Shown: positions 38,095 through 51,417, numbered from the stretch's first letter. The stretch is 64,000 nucleotides of DNA from Macrostomum lignano (GCA_002269645.1 NIVC01003090.1:56148-120147), one strand, 5' to 3'. Numbers and translations: made by a program. The notes: a model not told the origin generated them from the letters alone.

Positions 38095-41000
38095 TCACTG
38101 CCAATCAGGCAGATGGAATTGCTGCAGACAGCTGCCAGGGTCTGCTGTGCCGCCCCCAGCAACAGATTGTTTCAACTCAGCCTTGCAGTTGAAGAGCTCT
38201 CGAAACCAGCGGTTATTTTGCACTGCCGTGTTCACGCTACAAAAGAAAACAAATTGTTGATGGTGTAGCCCAGCTTGATCACGTAATTTTGCATGCACTT
38301 TATCAGAAAGTTCAGATGCTCACCGCTCTCGCCTGGACAGGTAGGTCTGCTTGTTGAGCCGGAGAAATTTTTTGTCTTCAGAGCCGCAATTCGACTGTAA
38401 ACAAAAACAAATTTTGAACGAAAATATACTGTAAACTCCCTGTTTAAGCACAATCAATGTACACAGGGTCTCAAGCTCTCTCTCTGTCAAAGCACAATCA
38501 ATGTACACAGGGTCTCAAGCTCTCTCTCTGTCAAAGCACAATCAATGTACACAGGGTCTCCAGCTCTCTCTCTGTCAATCACAATCAATGTACACAGGGT
38601 CTCCAGCTCTCTCTCTGTCAAATCACAATCAATGTACACAGGGTCTCCAGCTCTCTCTCTGTCAATCACAATCAATGTACACAGGGTCTCCAGCTCTCTC
38701 TGTCAAATCACAATCAATGTACACAGGGTCTCCAGCTCTCTCTCTGTCAAAGCACAATCAATGTACACAGGGTCTCCAGCTCTCTCTGTCAATCACAATC
38801 AATGTACACAGGGTCTCCAGCTCTCTCTGTCAATTCACAATCAATGTACACAGGGTCTCCAGCTCTCTCTCTGTCAAATCACAATCAATGTACACAGGGT
38901 CTCCAGCTCTCTCTGTCAATCACAATCAATGTACACGGGGTCTCCAGCTCTCTCTGTCAATCACAATCAATGTACACAGGGTCTCCAGCTCTCTCTGTCA
39001 ATCACAATCAATGTACACAGGGTCTCCAGCTCTCTCTCTGTCAAATCACAATCAATGTACACAGGGTCTCCAGCTCTCTCTGTCAAATCACAATCAATGT
39101 ACACAGGGTCTCCAGCTCTCTCTGTCAATCACAATCAATGGACACGGGGTCTCCAGCTCTCTCTGTCAATCACAATCAATGTACACAGGGTCTCCAGCTC
39201 TCTCTGTCAATCACAATCAATGTACACGGGGTCTCCAGCTCTCTCTGTTAATCACAATCAATGTACACAGGGTCTCCAGCTCTCTCTGTCAAATCACAAT
39301 CAATGTACACAGGGTCTCCAGCTCTCTCTCTGTCAAATCACAATCAATGTACACAGGGTCTCCAGCTCTCTCTGTCAATCACAATCAATGTACACGGGGT
39401 CTCCAGCTCTCTCTGTCAATCACAATCAATGTACACGGGGTCTCCAGCTCTCTCTGTCAATCACAATCAATGTACACAGGGTCTCCAGCTCTCTCTGTCA
39501 AATCACAATCAATGTACACAGGGTCTCCAGCTCTCTCTCTGTCAAAGCACAATCAATGTACACGGTCTCCAGCTCTCTCTGTCAAATCACAATCAATGTA
39601 CACAGGGTCTCCAGCGCTCTCTGTCAAGTCACAATCAATGTACACAGGGTCTCCAGCTCTCTCTGTCAATTCACAATCAATGTACACAGGGTCTCCAGCT
39701 CTCTCTGTCAAATCACAATCAATGTACACAGGGTCTCCAGCTCTCTCTCTGTCAAAGCACAATCAATGTACACAGATTCTCCAGCTCTCTCTGTCAATCA
39801 CAATCAATGTACACAGGGTCTCCAGCTCGCTCTCTGTCAAATCACAATCAATGTACACAGGGTCTCCAGCTCTCTCTCTGTCAAAGCACAATCAATGTAC
39901 ACAGGGTCTCCAGCTCTCTCTCTGTCAAATCACAATCAATGTACACAGGGTCTCCAGCTCTCTCTCTGTCAAATCACAATCAATGTACACAGGGTCTCCA
40001 GCTCTCTCTGTCAAATCACAACCAATGTACACAGGGTCTCCAGCTCTCTCTCTGTCAAATCACAATCAATGTACACAGATTCTCCAGCTCTCTCTCTCTG
40101 TCAAATCACAATCAATGTACACAGGGTCTCCAGCTCGCTCTCTGTCAAATCACAATCAATGTACACAGGGTCTCCAGCTCTCTCTCTGTCAAAGCACAAT
40201 CAATGTACACAGGATCTCCAGCTCTCTCTCTGTCAAATCACAATCAATGTACACAGGGTCTCCAGCTCTCTCTCTGTCAAATCACAATCAATGTACACAG
40301 GGTCTCCAGCTCTCTCTGTCAAAGCACAATCAATGTACACAGGGTCTAATAGAATAAAAATGTCAATTAGCTACTGTAAACTTAAAAAATCATATAGAAC
40401 GATACTGAAAGAGAACAAGTGACCAACTTGAGCATAAGAGATAAACAACAGCTGTGCGATATCATAGCTGACAGTGGGCAAAGCGAGTTGCTCAGGCCCG
40501 GTGCGCAAGTAAGTTCTTAACGCTTGAGCAGTGACCAGCAGTCCCAGGCTGCTAGAGAATGCCTGGTTGGCCAGCTCGAGTGAGGCGTCCTGTTGGCCAG
40601 ACTGAAATTGTGTTTTTTTGTTTTAATTACTTGAACAAATTCTGCACAACTTCGGAATCATGCGCAGGAGCCACTTATGACAGTTTATAAATCATGGAAA
40701 TACCCCATGTAGCAGAGATTCATAGGGATACCCTCTATAGCAGATATTAATAGGGATAACCTTTATAGCAGAGATTCATAGGAATACCCTCCATAGCAGA
40801 GATTCATAGGAATACCCCTTATAGTAGAGATTCCTAGGAATACCCTCTATAGCAGATTTTCATAGGAATACCCTCCATAGCAGAGATTTATAGGAGTACC
40901 CTATATAACAGATATTAATAGGGATAACCTTTATAGCAGAGATTCATAGGAATACCCTCCATAGCAGAGATTCATAGGAATACCCTCTATAGCAGATTTT

Positions 41001-42830
41001 CATAGGAATACCCTCTATAGCAGAGATTCATAGGAATACCCTTTAAAGCAGAGATTCATAGGAGTACCCTATATAATAGATATTAATAGGGATAACCTTT
41101 ATAGCAGAGATTCATAGGAGTACCTTTATAATAGATATTAATAGGGATAACCTTTATAGCAGAGATTCATAGGAGTACCCTCTGTAGCAGAGATTCATAG
41201 GAATACCCCCTATAGCAAAGATTCATAGGAATACCCTCTATAGCAGAGATTCATAGGAAAACCCTCTGTAGCAGAGATTAATAGGAATACCTTTGTAGAC
41301 ACTTATCTTCATTTGCAATTAGGAATTACAGCGAGTGAAGAAGCAACTAATTTTAGTGCTAAGAAACGACACAGTCCCAGTGAAAAGCAGGAAAACTTGC
41401 AACAAAGACAGGTGCGCACCAGTCGGGCCTGTATCCGGTTGCGAAAGCACTGCCTGGCAGACTGAGTGGCGGCTGATACGCGACTACCGCGAATGATCTG
41501 ACCTTGGCTGGAGACGGCGGATCCTTCAATTTGAAAGTGAGACGTTTCCTAAGCATTTACTATTAGTAGTATCTGAGGGGCATTTTATGGGAATCCTGAA
41601 ACATTCCGATGGGTCTTTAGACATTAGCAGACAACAGTATTGTTAGATTAGGAGCAGATTAGGAGAAAAGAATGGCAGATTAGGAGAAAAGAATGGCAGA
41701 TTAGTCAAGAGAATGGCAGATTAGTCAAGAGAATGGCAGATTAGTCAAGAGAATGGCAGATTAGGAGAAAAGAATGCCAGATTAGGTCAAGAGAATGGCA
41801 GATTAGTCAAGAGAATGGCAGATTAGGTCAAGAGAATGACAGATTAGGAGAAAAGAATGCCAGATTAGGTCAAGAGAATGGCAGATTAGGTCAAGAGAAT
41901 GGCAGATTAGGAGGAAAGAATGCCAGATTAGGACAAAAGAATGGCAGATTAGGAGAAGAAAATGGCGGATTAGGAGAAGAAAATGGCGGATTAGGAGAAG
42001 AGAATGACAGATTAGGAAAAGAGAATGACAGATTATGGCAGATTAGGAGAAAAGAATGGCAGATTAGTCAAGAGAATGGCAGATTAGTCAAGAGAATGGC
42101 AGATTAGTCAAGAGAATGACAGATTAGGAGAAAAGAATGGCAGATTAGGTCAAGAGAATGGCAGATTAGGAGAAAAGAATGCCAGATTAGGTCAAGAGAA
42201 TGGCAGATTAGTCAAGAGAATGGCAGATTAGGTCAAGAGAATGACAGATTAGGAGAAAAGAATGCCAGATTAGGTCAAGAGAATGGCAGATTAGGTCAAG
42301 ATAATGGCAGATTAGGAGGAAAGAATGCCAGATTAGGACAAAAGAATGGCAGATTAGGAGAAGAAAATGGCGGATTAGGAGAAGAAAATGGCGGATTAGG
42401 AGAAGAGAATGACAGATTAGGACAAAAGAATGGCAGATTAGGAGAAGAGAATGACAGATTAGGAGAAGAGAATGACAGATTAGGACAAAAGAATGGCAGA
42501 TTAGGAGAAGAGAATGACAGATTAGGAGAAGAGAATGACAGATTAGGAAAAGAGAATGACAGATTAGGACAAAAGAATGACAGATTAGGAGAAGAAAATG
42601 ACAGATTAGGAGAAGAGAATGACAGATTAGGACAAAAGAATGGCAGATTAGGAGAAGAAAATGGCGGATTAGGAGAAGAGAATGACAGATTAGGAAAAGA
42701 GAATGACAGATTATGGCAGATTAGGAGAAGAAAATGGCAGATAGAATAGAAACATCAGAGAAAGCTCTGTGATCGAGCAGCGAACTCTCTGTCGGAGCTC
42801 ATGGGAGTTGTGAAGCTCGGGACACTGACT

Positions 42831-42906
<76 letters not shown>

Positions 42907-45900
42907 TGCTGTTTTCAATTTCTCTATCAGAAATTCCGGCCAGGCCAGCCATGCGGAGAGCAGAGCCGGCGCTCACCGAAAGAGTCCAAAGCTGCTGCCA
43001 TCCGAGTTGCCAAGGCGGTGCCCAGCATGCCGAACTTGAGATAGCTGGCGCGGGCGGAGGGGTTGGGCAGGCAACGGTCAGGAAACACGGAGTCAGAAAG
43101 ACATGCAGCTCAAAAAGTGAAATTTTCTCAAAGAGTCGCACCGCATGTAAGACCATTTTGTATGCAAATTGGAGTACTGGAGAGTTTATAATACTTTTCT
43201 GACTTTTGGCTGGTCGAATTCTGTTATTTTTGTTCAAACTATAATGAACAGCAGGCAGATATTTCCTACTGACACTGTTGCAATTAACTAACCAAGTGTG
43301 AATAGTTGATTACTCAATTTAAAATTGCTTCATCAGAGGAAGCGGCTACTCACAAAGGCATGCTGTTGTCCCACATGTGGAATGGCCATTGAAATAGTGC
43401 GGCTGGCAGGACTGGAAATCGAATCAAGCGAATCGAATGCAGCTATTTAAACGCAAATTTTTATTGTCTCAAGTAATATAATTACTGGCAATAATTAATG
43501 ATGACTGCGATTCACATCCACGAACTCCTGTTGAAAACTCGTTTTAAAATAGTTGTCCATAAACTATTTAGTACAAAATTTAAATCCGTGCCAAAATGGA
43601 AGCTGTTAAACAAAATTTTAAACTAAATAAATCCGCTTTTGGTTAGGTTAAAAATAGTCAGATTTTTAATAATAAGTTTGCTTTTTAAGGCGTTTTAAAG
43701 GTGCTGATAAAAGTGCGTCAAATTCATACGCTACACAATTTTACACATAAAGTAGAGTACTTACAGACGGTATTGTAGGCAGCTATGTACACCGGTTTCA
43801 CAGCCGTGGAGTCTAGGATTTCGCTAAAAATGGTTTTCAGTCACTTATTTAAGTTTTTTATAATCTGACAATGTGAACACTTTTGAGAAAAGTCAAGAGT
43901 GCTTTTAGTTCTTGTCCCCATCGTTTAAGATAAAAGCAGAATATGCGCGTAGAACAATTCATCTTGTTGCATTGCATGGCTTCTGGAACAGTCTGCTTCA
44001 ATGAACGTGCCTCTTGTTTCAGGGCCTGCTCTTGTATCGATTGCACTTCAAAATTAAGAAAGTCTATATAGGGATGCGGAGGCGTTTTGACAGACAGGAA
44101 GATATAAATAAGTATGACACGTAATATCGTCCACTTGAGCCAGAGAACATAAGGCTTTTGTCTCTACAGGTTTAGTCACATTAATTCGATGTTTCAAACG
44201 CACGGTGTATTAAGCAACAATGACTCACCCCAACTGAAAGTGCTTTCCGTAAAGCTGTTTTCTCAGCCTGGCCTGTTTGAATTTTTCCAAGCCCAGTGCA
44301 GCCTCGATTGCAGTTTCGTTGTTGCCGATTTCCCACTGTAAAATTGACGGGTTTGACAATCAGGCAATGGAAGTACTTCGTATGAGTCATACTGCATTAG
44401 AGTGCAAAAAGATTTTACCTATTTGAGATTTGATGAAAAATTTACAAAACCAAATTTTTAGAAAAATTATATGAATGCTTTACTTACCTCCGTGTAGTAA
44501 TCGGCCAAGTAATATTCTGTCGGTTCCTGTCCACCGTGACCAATAAGCACCTTTATTGATTTGATCTAACCAATAGAATAGAATGTAAATAGGTTTTTCC
44601 ATTTAAAGTTCAAACAAGAGACTATATTGCGTATAAAGAGCTAAAAAAGGGTTGGGGAGTTGGACTGAGCCAGAGGGACAGGAATTGAAAGATAAGGAGT
44701 GAGGTGGCTGGTACAATGGGGTCGAGAGGGGTTTAGACTGAGCTACAGGGACAGGAATTGAAAGATAAGAAGTGAGGTGGCTGGTACAATGGGGTCGAGA
44801 GGGGTTTAGACTGAGCCAGAGGGACAGGAATTGAAAGATAAGGAGTGAGGTGGCTGGTACAATGGGGTCGAGAGGGGTTTAGACTGAGCTACAGGGACAG
44901 GAATTGAAAGATAAGGAGTGAGGTGGCTGGTACAATGGGGTCGAGAGGGGTTTAGACTGAGCCAGAGGGACAGGAATTGAAAGATAAGGAGTGAGGTGGC
45001 TGGTACAATGGGGTCGAGAGGGGTTTAGACTGAGCCAGAGGGACAGGAATTGAAAGATAAGGAGTGAGGTGGCTGGTACAATGGGGTCGAGAGGGGTTTA
45101 GACTGAGCCAGAGGGACAGGAATTGAAAGATAAGGAGTGAGGTGGCTGGTACAGTGGGGTCGAGAGGGTCAGGGAGTTAGACTGAGCTAGAGGGACAGGA
45201 ATGGAAAAATAACGACAGAGGTGGCCGAGATTATCTGAGATATTTATGAAGGAGGGGTCTAGATGATTTATGAAGAGAGTCACTTGACAGCTCTCAGACA
45301 CAACTCTCGTGATAGACCAAGGTCACCTTCTCTGACGCTTCGGCCCTGACCGCTGGGTCAACTTCGCTGGCCGAGTCCAGCAGGTCTATAAAAGCAGATT
45401 TTAGCAGCGGCACAACCACCTGCTGCATCTGGAATAGGTTATTACATTTATGTAAAAGTAACAAGAATATTTCTGCCATGCATTTTTTCCATGCCTAATT
45501 CGCTCTAGCTCCTCCAGCCCCTGCCCCTCATCCGCCCTCTCCTCCCGCCCCTAATCACCCTCTCCTCACCCTCATCCGCCCTCTCCTCCCGCCACTCGTT
45601 CGCCTCTCCTCCCGTCCCTCATCCGAAGCACTCACGGGCAGCAAACTGAGTCCTTGGCGCCGCAGGTCGGCCAAAAACAGGGCGCTGAGGCCCGGCGAAG
45701 GCAGCAGAGGTCGGATACAAGCCGCCGTCAGCTGCTGCCTCTCGTCCAGCTGTTTCCAACCGGAAGCGGTCAGTCCAGACCGGAAGTTCAGCGTTAGTCG
45801 GCGGGACTTTGCTGACAGATACGGCGCGTATTTGTACACAGCGCTGAACTCCAGAAACTTTTTCAGGTCACTGTTTGAGACGGAAGGCGATCGGGGATGC

Positions 45901-48900
45901 GTTGAATGATTTAGAAATATGAGATCTCACCTGACTCATTTGGTAGATGCTGGATGGTATGAGATCTCACCGATTCATTTGGTATGAGATCTCACCTGAC
46001 TCAGTTGGTATGAGATCTCACCTGACTCATGTGGTATGAGATCTCATTCGACTCATGTGGTATGAGATCTCACCCGACTCATTTGACATGAGATCTCACC
46101 TGACTCATGTGGTATGAGATCTCACCTGACTCATTTAGTATGAGATCTCAACTGACTCATTTGGTATGAGATCTCACCCGACTCATTTGGTATGAGATCT
46201 CACCCGACTCATTTTGAGTTTGATTAATTATATAGATCTGTTCATAAAAGCCTGCAAAAAGACTTAAGCTAGTAGATAAAATGCATGACCTATAGAGCAA
46301 AAAAGGCAATAAGCAACAGAACAGTTGATCAGGTCACGTGATACAAGTCACGTGGTCTTAAAAATCGCGAATGCCAGCTCACTCATCTCGTAGGCCTCGC
46401 AGCAGTCTGCTAAGCCGTTGGAAATATCCCAGATCCCCGATTACGACTGGAAGGTCGTCTACGTCCGCGGAGTCTGGCACGTCGGAGCCCAGGAGCAGGC
46501 GGGGCAGCAACTCGTCGAACTGCAGCTTAACGCGTTAAGGATATAGGTGAATTTGAGCTGCTGCTCAAGCACTGCTCTGATTCTTCACTTGAACATATCA
46601 TGCGCACATGTCTGGATTATGAGGCAAGCATGTGTCTATAGATCTAGTACAAGCATGTGTCTATAGATCTGGTACAAGCCTGTGTCTATAGATCTGGTAC
46701 AAGCATGTGTCTATAGATCTAGTACAAGCATGTGTCTATAGATCTAGTACAAGCATGTGTCTATAGATCTAGTACAAGCATGTGTCTATAGATATAGTAC
46801 AAGCATGTGTCTATAGATATAGTACAAGCATGTGTCTATAGATCTAGTACAAGCATGTGTCTATAGATCTAGTACAAGCATGTGTCTATAGATATAGTAC
46901 AAGCATGTGTCTATAGATCTAGTACAAGCATGTGTCTATAGATCTAGTACAAGCATGTGTCTTTAGATATGGAAAATGAATGTGTACTTAGATCTAGTAC
47001 AAGCATGTGTCTATAGATATGGAAAATGAATGTGTCCTTAGATCTGGTACAAGCCTATGTCTATAGATCTGGAAAATGAATGTGTCCTTAGATCTAGTAT
47101 AAGCCTGTGTCTATAGATCTGGAAAATGAATTTGTCCTTAGATCTAGTATAAGCCTGTGTCTATAGATATGGAAAATGAATGTGTCCTTAGATCTGGTAC
47201 AAGCCTATGTCTATAGATCTGGAAAATGAATGTGTCCTTAGATCTAGTATAAGCCTGTGTCTATAGATCTGGAAAATGAATTTGTCCTTAGATCTAGTAT
47301 AAGCCTGTGTCTATAGATCTGGAAAATGAATGTGTCCTTAGATATTGTACAAGCATGCGTCTATAGATCTGGTACAAGCATGTGTCTATAGATCTGGTAC
47401 AAGCATGTGTCTATAGATCTGGTACAAGAATGTGTCTATAGATCCAGTACAACCCATCAGTCTACATGTACATGTAGATATGTTACCCAGTCCATGCCCC
47501 TCCAGTGCAACTCCCTGTCTGTCTCACACCGGCTCGCAATGCATTCTCCATCTCACCGCTAGTCCTTCCAGCTGGCGGCTCCGTCTGAGCTCGCCCAGCG
47601 TCATCTGAATAGCGCGCAGCCTCGGCCGCTGTTTGTACGGCCGGCCAGTCTCGGACAGAGCAATACCGGCCAGAGCGGTTAGCACAGTCAGCGAACTCCT
47701 GGCGTAGCTTTCGCCAACTCCGTTGCCAAGGAAACCGATATCATTGACCAGGGTGGCGGCCAGCTGGGTGTACCTTGCTCGGACGGCCGGGTCTCTGAGC
47801 TGAGCGCCACTGCGCATGTCCGGGTGTCTGTACTCGTCCAGCTGAGCTCGCGGATAGAGAGGCGGGTGGGTGCGTAAGCTATTCATAGTGACAACTGCCT
47901 GATCAGAGTGACAAATGCCTGATCAGAGTGACAACTGCCTGATCAGAGTGACAACTGCCCGATCAGAGTGACAACTGCCCGATCAGAGTGACAACTGCCT
48001 GATCAGAGTGACAACTGCCCGATCAGAGTGACAACTGCCTGATCAGAGTGACAACTGCCTGATCAGAGTGACAACTGCTTGATCAGAGTGCAACTGCCTG
48101 ATCAGAGTGACAACTGCCTGATCAGAGTGACAACTGCCTGATCAGAGTGACAACTGCCTGATCAGAGTGACAACTGCTCAGACAGAAGCAGAAAGCAGTC
48201 AGCAGCCTGTGAACTTACAAACAACACCCGCCGTCCAGGTGACACAGGTGAGCTGTCAACGAACACGCTGAAGAAGGTGTCCACGCCCAGTTCCGAGTGC
48301 AAGCAGGCAATTCGGTGGGCTGAAATTATTTTAGGAATCAAATACTAACAACTCGTATCGCATGGCATTCCCTGCTACCTGAGGAGGGACCCAATAAAAT
48401 AAGATTAGCCCTAGTAGTGGCTCATCGAAGTCTGCTACTCGCTTGCTCAGCCAGGTAAGCCCCAGATCAATGTGGCGACCCACCGGCTTGATAGAGTGAT
48501 TGATTGGGGATATTTTGGCCTGTTGACACGGGGCTAGGGGCACAATCGGGGATCGAAGGATGACATTGACTGATAGGAAGATGTAGGGAAAAGTCAGAAG
48601 CGCTGAGGTTAACAACCGACCACAGGCATTGAGTATGGCAGTACTTAGCCAACCGATCAGGAACCGGTTAGAGGTCAACTCGGCATTTTTAACCAATATC
48701 TGTCAGCTTGTTGATTCTATATTGACTTTACATTCTGTATTAAACTTAGTCAGTTCATGGACAACGGGGATTGTAGTCCATGACGGGTGTACGCTCAAGA
48801 TTGGCGCTAATGGGGTGTCCAGATTGGCGCTAATGGGGTGTCCAGATTGGCGCTAATGGGGTGTCCAGATTGGCGCTAATGGGGTGTCCAGATTGGCGCT

Positions 48901-50175
48901 AATGGGGTGTCCAGATTGGCGCTAATGGGGTGTCCAGATTGGCGCTAATGGGGTGTCCAGATTGGCGCTAATGGGGTGTCCAGATTGGCGCTAATGGGGT
49001 GTCCAGATTGGGGCTAATGGGGTGTCCAGATTGGCGCTAATGGGGTGTCCAGATTGGGGCTAATGGGGTGTCCAGATTGGCGCTAATGGGGTGTCCAGAT
49101 TGGGGCTAATGGGGTGTCCAGATTGGCGCTAATGGGGTGTCCAGATTGGGGCTAATGGGCTGTCCAGATTGGCGCTAATGGGGTGTCCAGATTGGCGCTC
49201 ACTGAGTCCCCGGCCCAGGATGCAGGACCGCAGCCGGTCCCGCAGGTTCTCCCAGCCGGCGTCGCCGTTTTGCTGGCAGTGGTCGGCTGGCAGAGAGCCG
49301 CAGGCCCGATAGAAGGCACCGAGCTTCGCCCGCCAGAAGCCGCCACCAGCGGGGCCCCGGCCTGAGGCCGCCAAAGCCAGCAGGCCGCGCAGGCGTCTCT
49401 CGGTGACGCGGCGAAGTCGCTCAATCGGCGACCACCGGTCGGCTTCGTCATCGAAATCGTCAACATCGTTGAGGAACTCCTGCGGCGACGACGATGACGT
49501 CAGGCCAGTCGGCTGACGTCCGGAGCAGGCGAAGCCGTGGAAGTCGCGGCAGGCCGGCAGGGTCTGGTTCAGCGTCTCCTTCATGTCGGCCGCCGCTCGC
49601 AGGCAGGCCAGGGTAAGGCAGTACCGCGGCTGCCGCTGCTGTCCCGCTGGCAGCACCAGCGCTGACTGGCCGGCAACTCCGCCAGCCTGGCGCCGGCTGG
49701 CCGCGGCCAGGACCAGCAGGAGGCCACCGCACAGAGCTGCCAGACAGAGCAGCAGGGCGCAGACGCAGCTGCACAGGAGGCGCTCACGTCGACGCCTGCG
49801 TCTCTGATTGCCACCAACGCCGCCGGGGTGATCCTCTTCAGCCACCTCGGCACCTCCGCCGCCACCCAACGATGAAGAAGGCTTCAGCAGGCGCTGCAGT
49901 GCGAGGTGGACCGGCCGCTTCGGCTGCTGTCGCCGGGTGCGCTTGAGTGGCGCCTCCGACGATGCGGCAGCAGCGACAGACGTGTCCGACTCGGCCTCCG
50001 CCTTCAGCATCCGTTGGCTGACGATATCGGGAGAGGCCGACAGCTTGAGCCGATGCGGCAGCGGCTGTTGAGTTGCCTGCGAGTAGGCGGGCCCTGAGAA
50101 GCTCGGATAGCTGCTGCCGCTGCTGCCGCTGCTGCTGGCGCATCCGTTCCAGCCTCCACGGCGAGCAGAGGACAT
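38095..50175 (-). CDS. Neprilysin/ECE-like (peptidase M13) type II membrane protein, predicted catalytically inactive; 15 exons, about 899 aa
   Basis: Exons: 50175-49203, 48319-48219, 47841-47557, 46525-46383, 45870-45636, 45428-45327, 44565-44488, 44335-44229, 43823-43765, 43411-43354, 43044-42977, 41523-41420, 40601-40428, 38394-38324 and 38236-38095. All introns are GT-AG with matching phases, and the total is 2700 nt with no internal stop. Features include a basic stretch plus signal anchor (RRRRRERLLCSCVCALLLCLAALCGGLLLVL) and the M13 landmarks CLTLACL...PACRDFHGFACS, SAFIDLL...AEASEK/IKSIKVLIG, FLPAALFQWPF, QLLFISYAQ/SNC and RVNTAVQNNRWFRELFNC. Confidence 0.85.
38445..40350. repeat. ~41-45-bp array (TCAA[A]TCACAATCAATGTACACAGGGTCTCCAG(CT)nG)n in M13-like intron 13
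   Basis: Direct reading. Unit length varies with the internal (CT)n count. Confidence 0.95.
40705..41300. repeat. ~28-bp array (AGCAGAGATTCATAGGAATACCCTCTAT)n in M13-like intron 12
   Basis: Direct reading. Copies are moderately diverged. Confidence 0.9.
41645..42740. repeat. 21-22-bp array (GAATGGCAGATTAGGAGAAAA / ...TTAGTCAAGA)n in M13-like intron 11, followed by (CT)n at 42833-42903
   Basis: Direct reading. Confidence 0.92.
44663..45200. repeat. 73-bp tandem array, about 7 copies, in M13-like intron 6
   Basis: GACTGAGC at 44663 and 44736 gives a period of 73. Confidence 0.95.
45920..46210. repeat. 26-bp array (ATGAGATCTCACCTGACTCATTTGGT)n in M13-like intron 4
   Basis: Direct reading. 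Confidence 0.9.
46625..47450. repeat. 25-bp array (GATCTAGTACAAGCATGTGTCTATA)n with a central two-unit higher-order block, in M13-like intron 3
   Basis: Direct reading. A GGAAAATGAATGTGTCCTTA variant alternates in 46970-47340. Confidence 0.92.
47887..48180. repeat. 20-bp array (GATCAGAGTGACAACTGCCT)n in M13-like intron 2
   Basis: Direct reading. Confidence 0.95.
48797..49202. repeat. 23-bp array (GGGGTGTCCAGATTGGCGCTAAT)n starting at the donor of M13-like intron 1
   Basis: Period of 23 (TCCAG at 48841 and 48864). Confidence 0.95.
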
Positions 50176-50504
50176 GGGGCGTCAGGCTCACAGAGTTTTT
50201 CTCTCGAAGGAATTGTTTTTCAATGCGGCTCGATTTTCACTCGGTTTTTTCAGCTAGAGAAGAATGAAGGTCGCTCGAGTCGGTTCTCCATCAATTTCGT
50301 TCAGTCAACAAGTTGTAATCGCCCAGCTTCCTGTCTAAACTGCGTGTGGATTTGCTCCTCCATTGGCTTTGAGACGGATATCCAATCAGAGTTGCTAGAA
50401 ATGCCTTTGGTGTAGAATGCCATCCGAATGGGCTGTCAATATGAGATGAGCTGTGAGACCCGCGGGTCTAATGCGTTTTTGCCTCTTCAATAAAGCATAT
50501 TCTG

Positions 50505-50830
50505 TATGCCGATTCTTCAGGTGGTTTGGATGCGATTCTGCAGGTGGTTTGGATGCGATTCTTCAGGTGGTTTGGATGCGATTCTGCAGGTGGTTTGGAT
50601 GCGATTCTTCAGGTGGTTCAGATGCGATTCATCAAGTGTTTTAGATGTGATTCTACAAGTGGTTCAGATGTGATTCTTCAAGTGGTTTAGATGCGATTCT
50701 TCAGGTGGTTCAGATGCGATTCTTCAAGTGGTTTAGATGCGATTCTTCAGGTGGTTCAGATGCGATTCATCAGGTGGTTTAGATGCGATTCTTCAAGTGG
50801 TTTAGATGAGAATCTTCAGGTGGTTTGAAT
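50505..50830. repeat. 23-bp array (CAGGTGGTTTGGATGCGATTCTT)n upstream of the M13-like gene
   Basis: Direct reading. Confidence 0.9.
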
Positions 50831-51175
50831 CTTTAGGAAGTTTATATAAGCGATTCTTCTTGATTTCTCCGGTTTAATAGTGTCGAACTTCTAACATTCG
50901 ATTATTAGAAGAGTACTGTATTTGAGTGTACTCGAATTTCTCCACTACCGTATTATACAAAGTATAGTTTTACATATTTCATCTACGCGACTAAATGTGC
51001 ATCCTCGGCAAAATTCTTGCAGCAGACTCGTACGCGAAATAGACAAACCTTTGGGAATAAGCGAGTTGCACTATCCACCCGTCCTGCGTCTACTCGTACA
51101 TTAGCAGCGGTAAAGTTACTTTAACTTTAAAGTACGCTCGTACATCCACAGAAAATTAGATCTAGATAAGATCTA

Positions 51176-51417
51176 GCTTGGCTTGGCGCTTCGCTTGGCG
51201 CTTCGCTTGGCGCTTCGCTTGGCGCTTCGCTTGGCGCTTCGCTTGGCGCTTCGCTTGGCGCTTCGCTTGGCGCTTCGCTTGGCGCTTCGCTTGGCGCTTC
51301 GCTTGGCGCTTCGCTTGGCGCTTCGCTTGGCGCTTCGCTTGGCGCTTCGCTTGGCGCTTCGCTTGGCGCTTCGCTTGGCGCTTCGCTTGGCGCTTCGCTT
51401 GGCGCTTCGCTTGGCGC
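51176..51417. repeat. Near-perfect 12-bp array (GCTTGGCGCTTC)n, about 20 copies
   Basis: Direct reading. It produces the SEAP/AKRS/LALR artefact ORFs. Confidence 0.97.

Noticed and set aside
38457-40422. 618/625-aa ORFs on the plus strand
   Set aside because: They are translations of the intron 13 array. The same peptides appear in all three frames.
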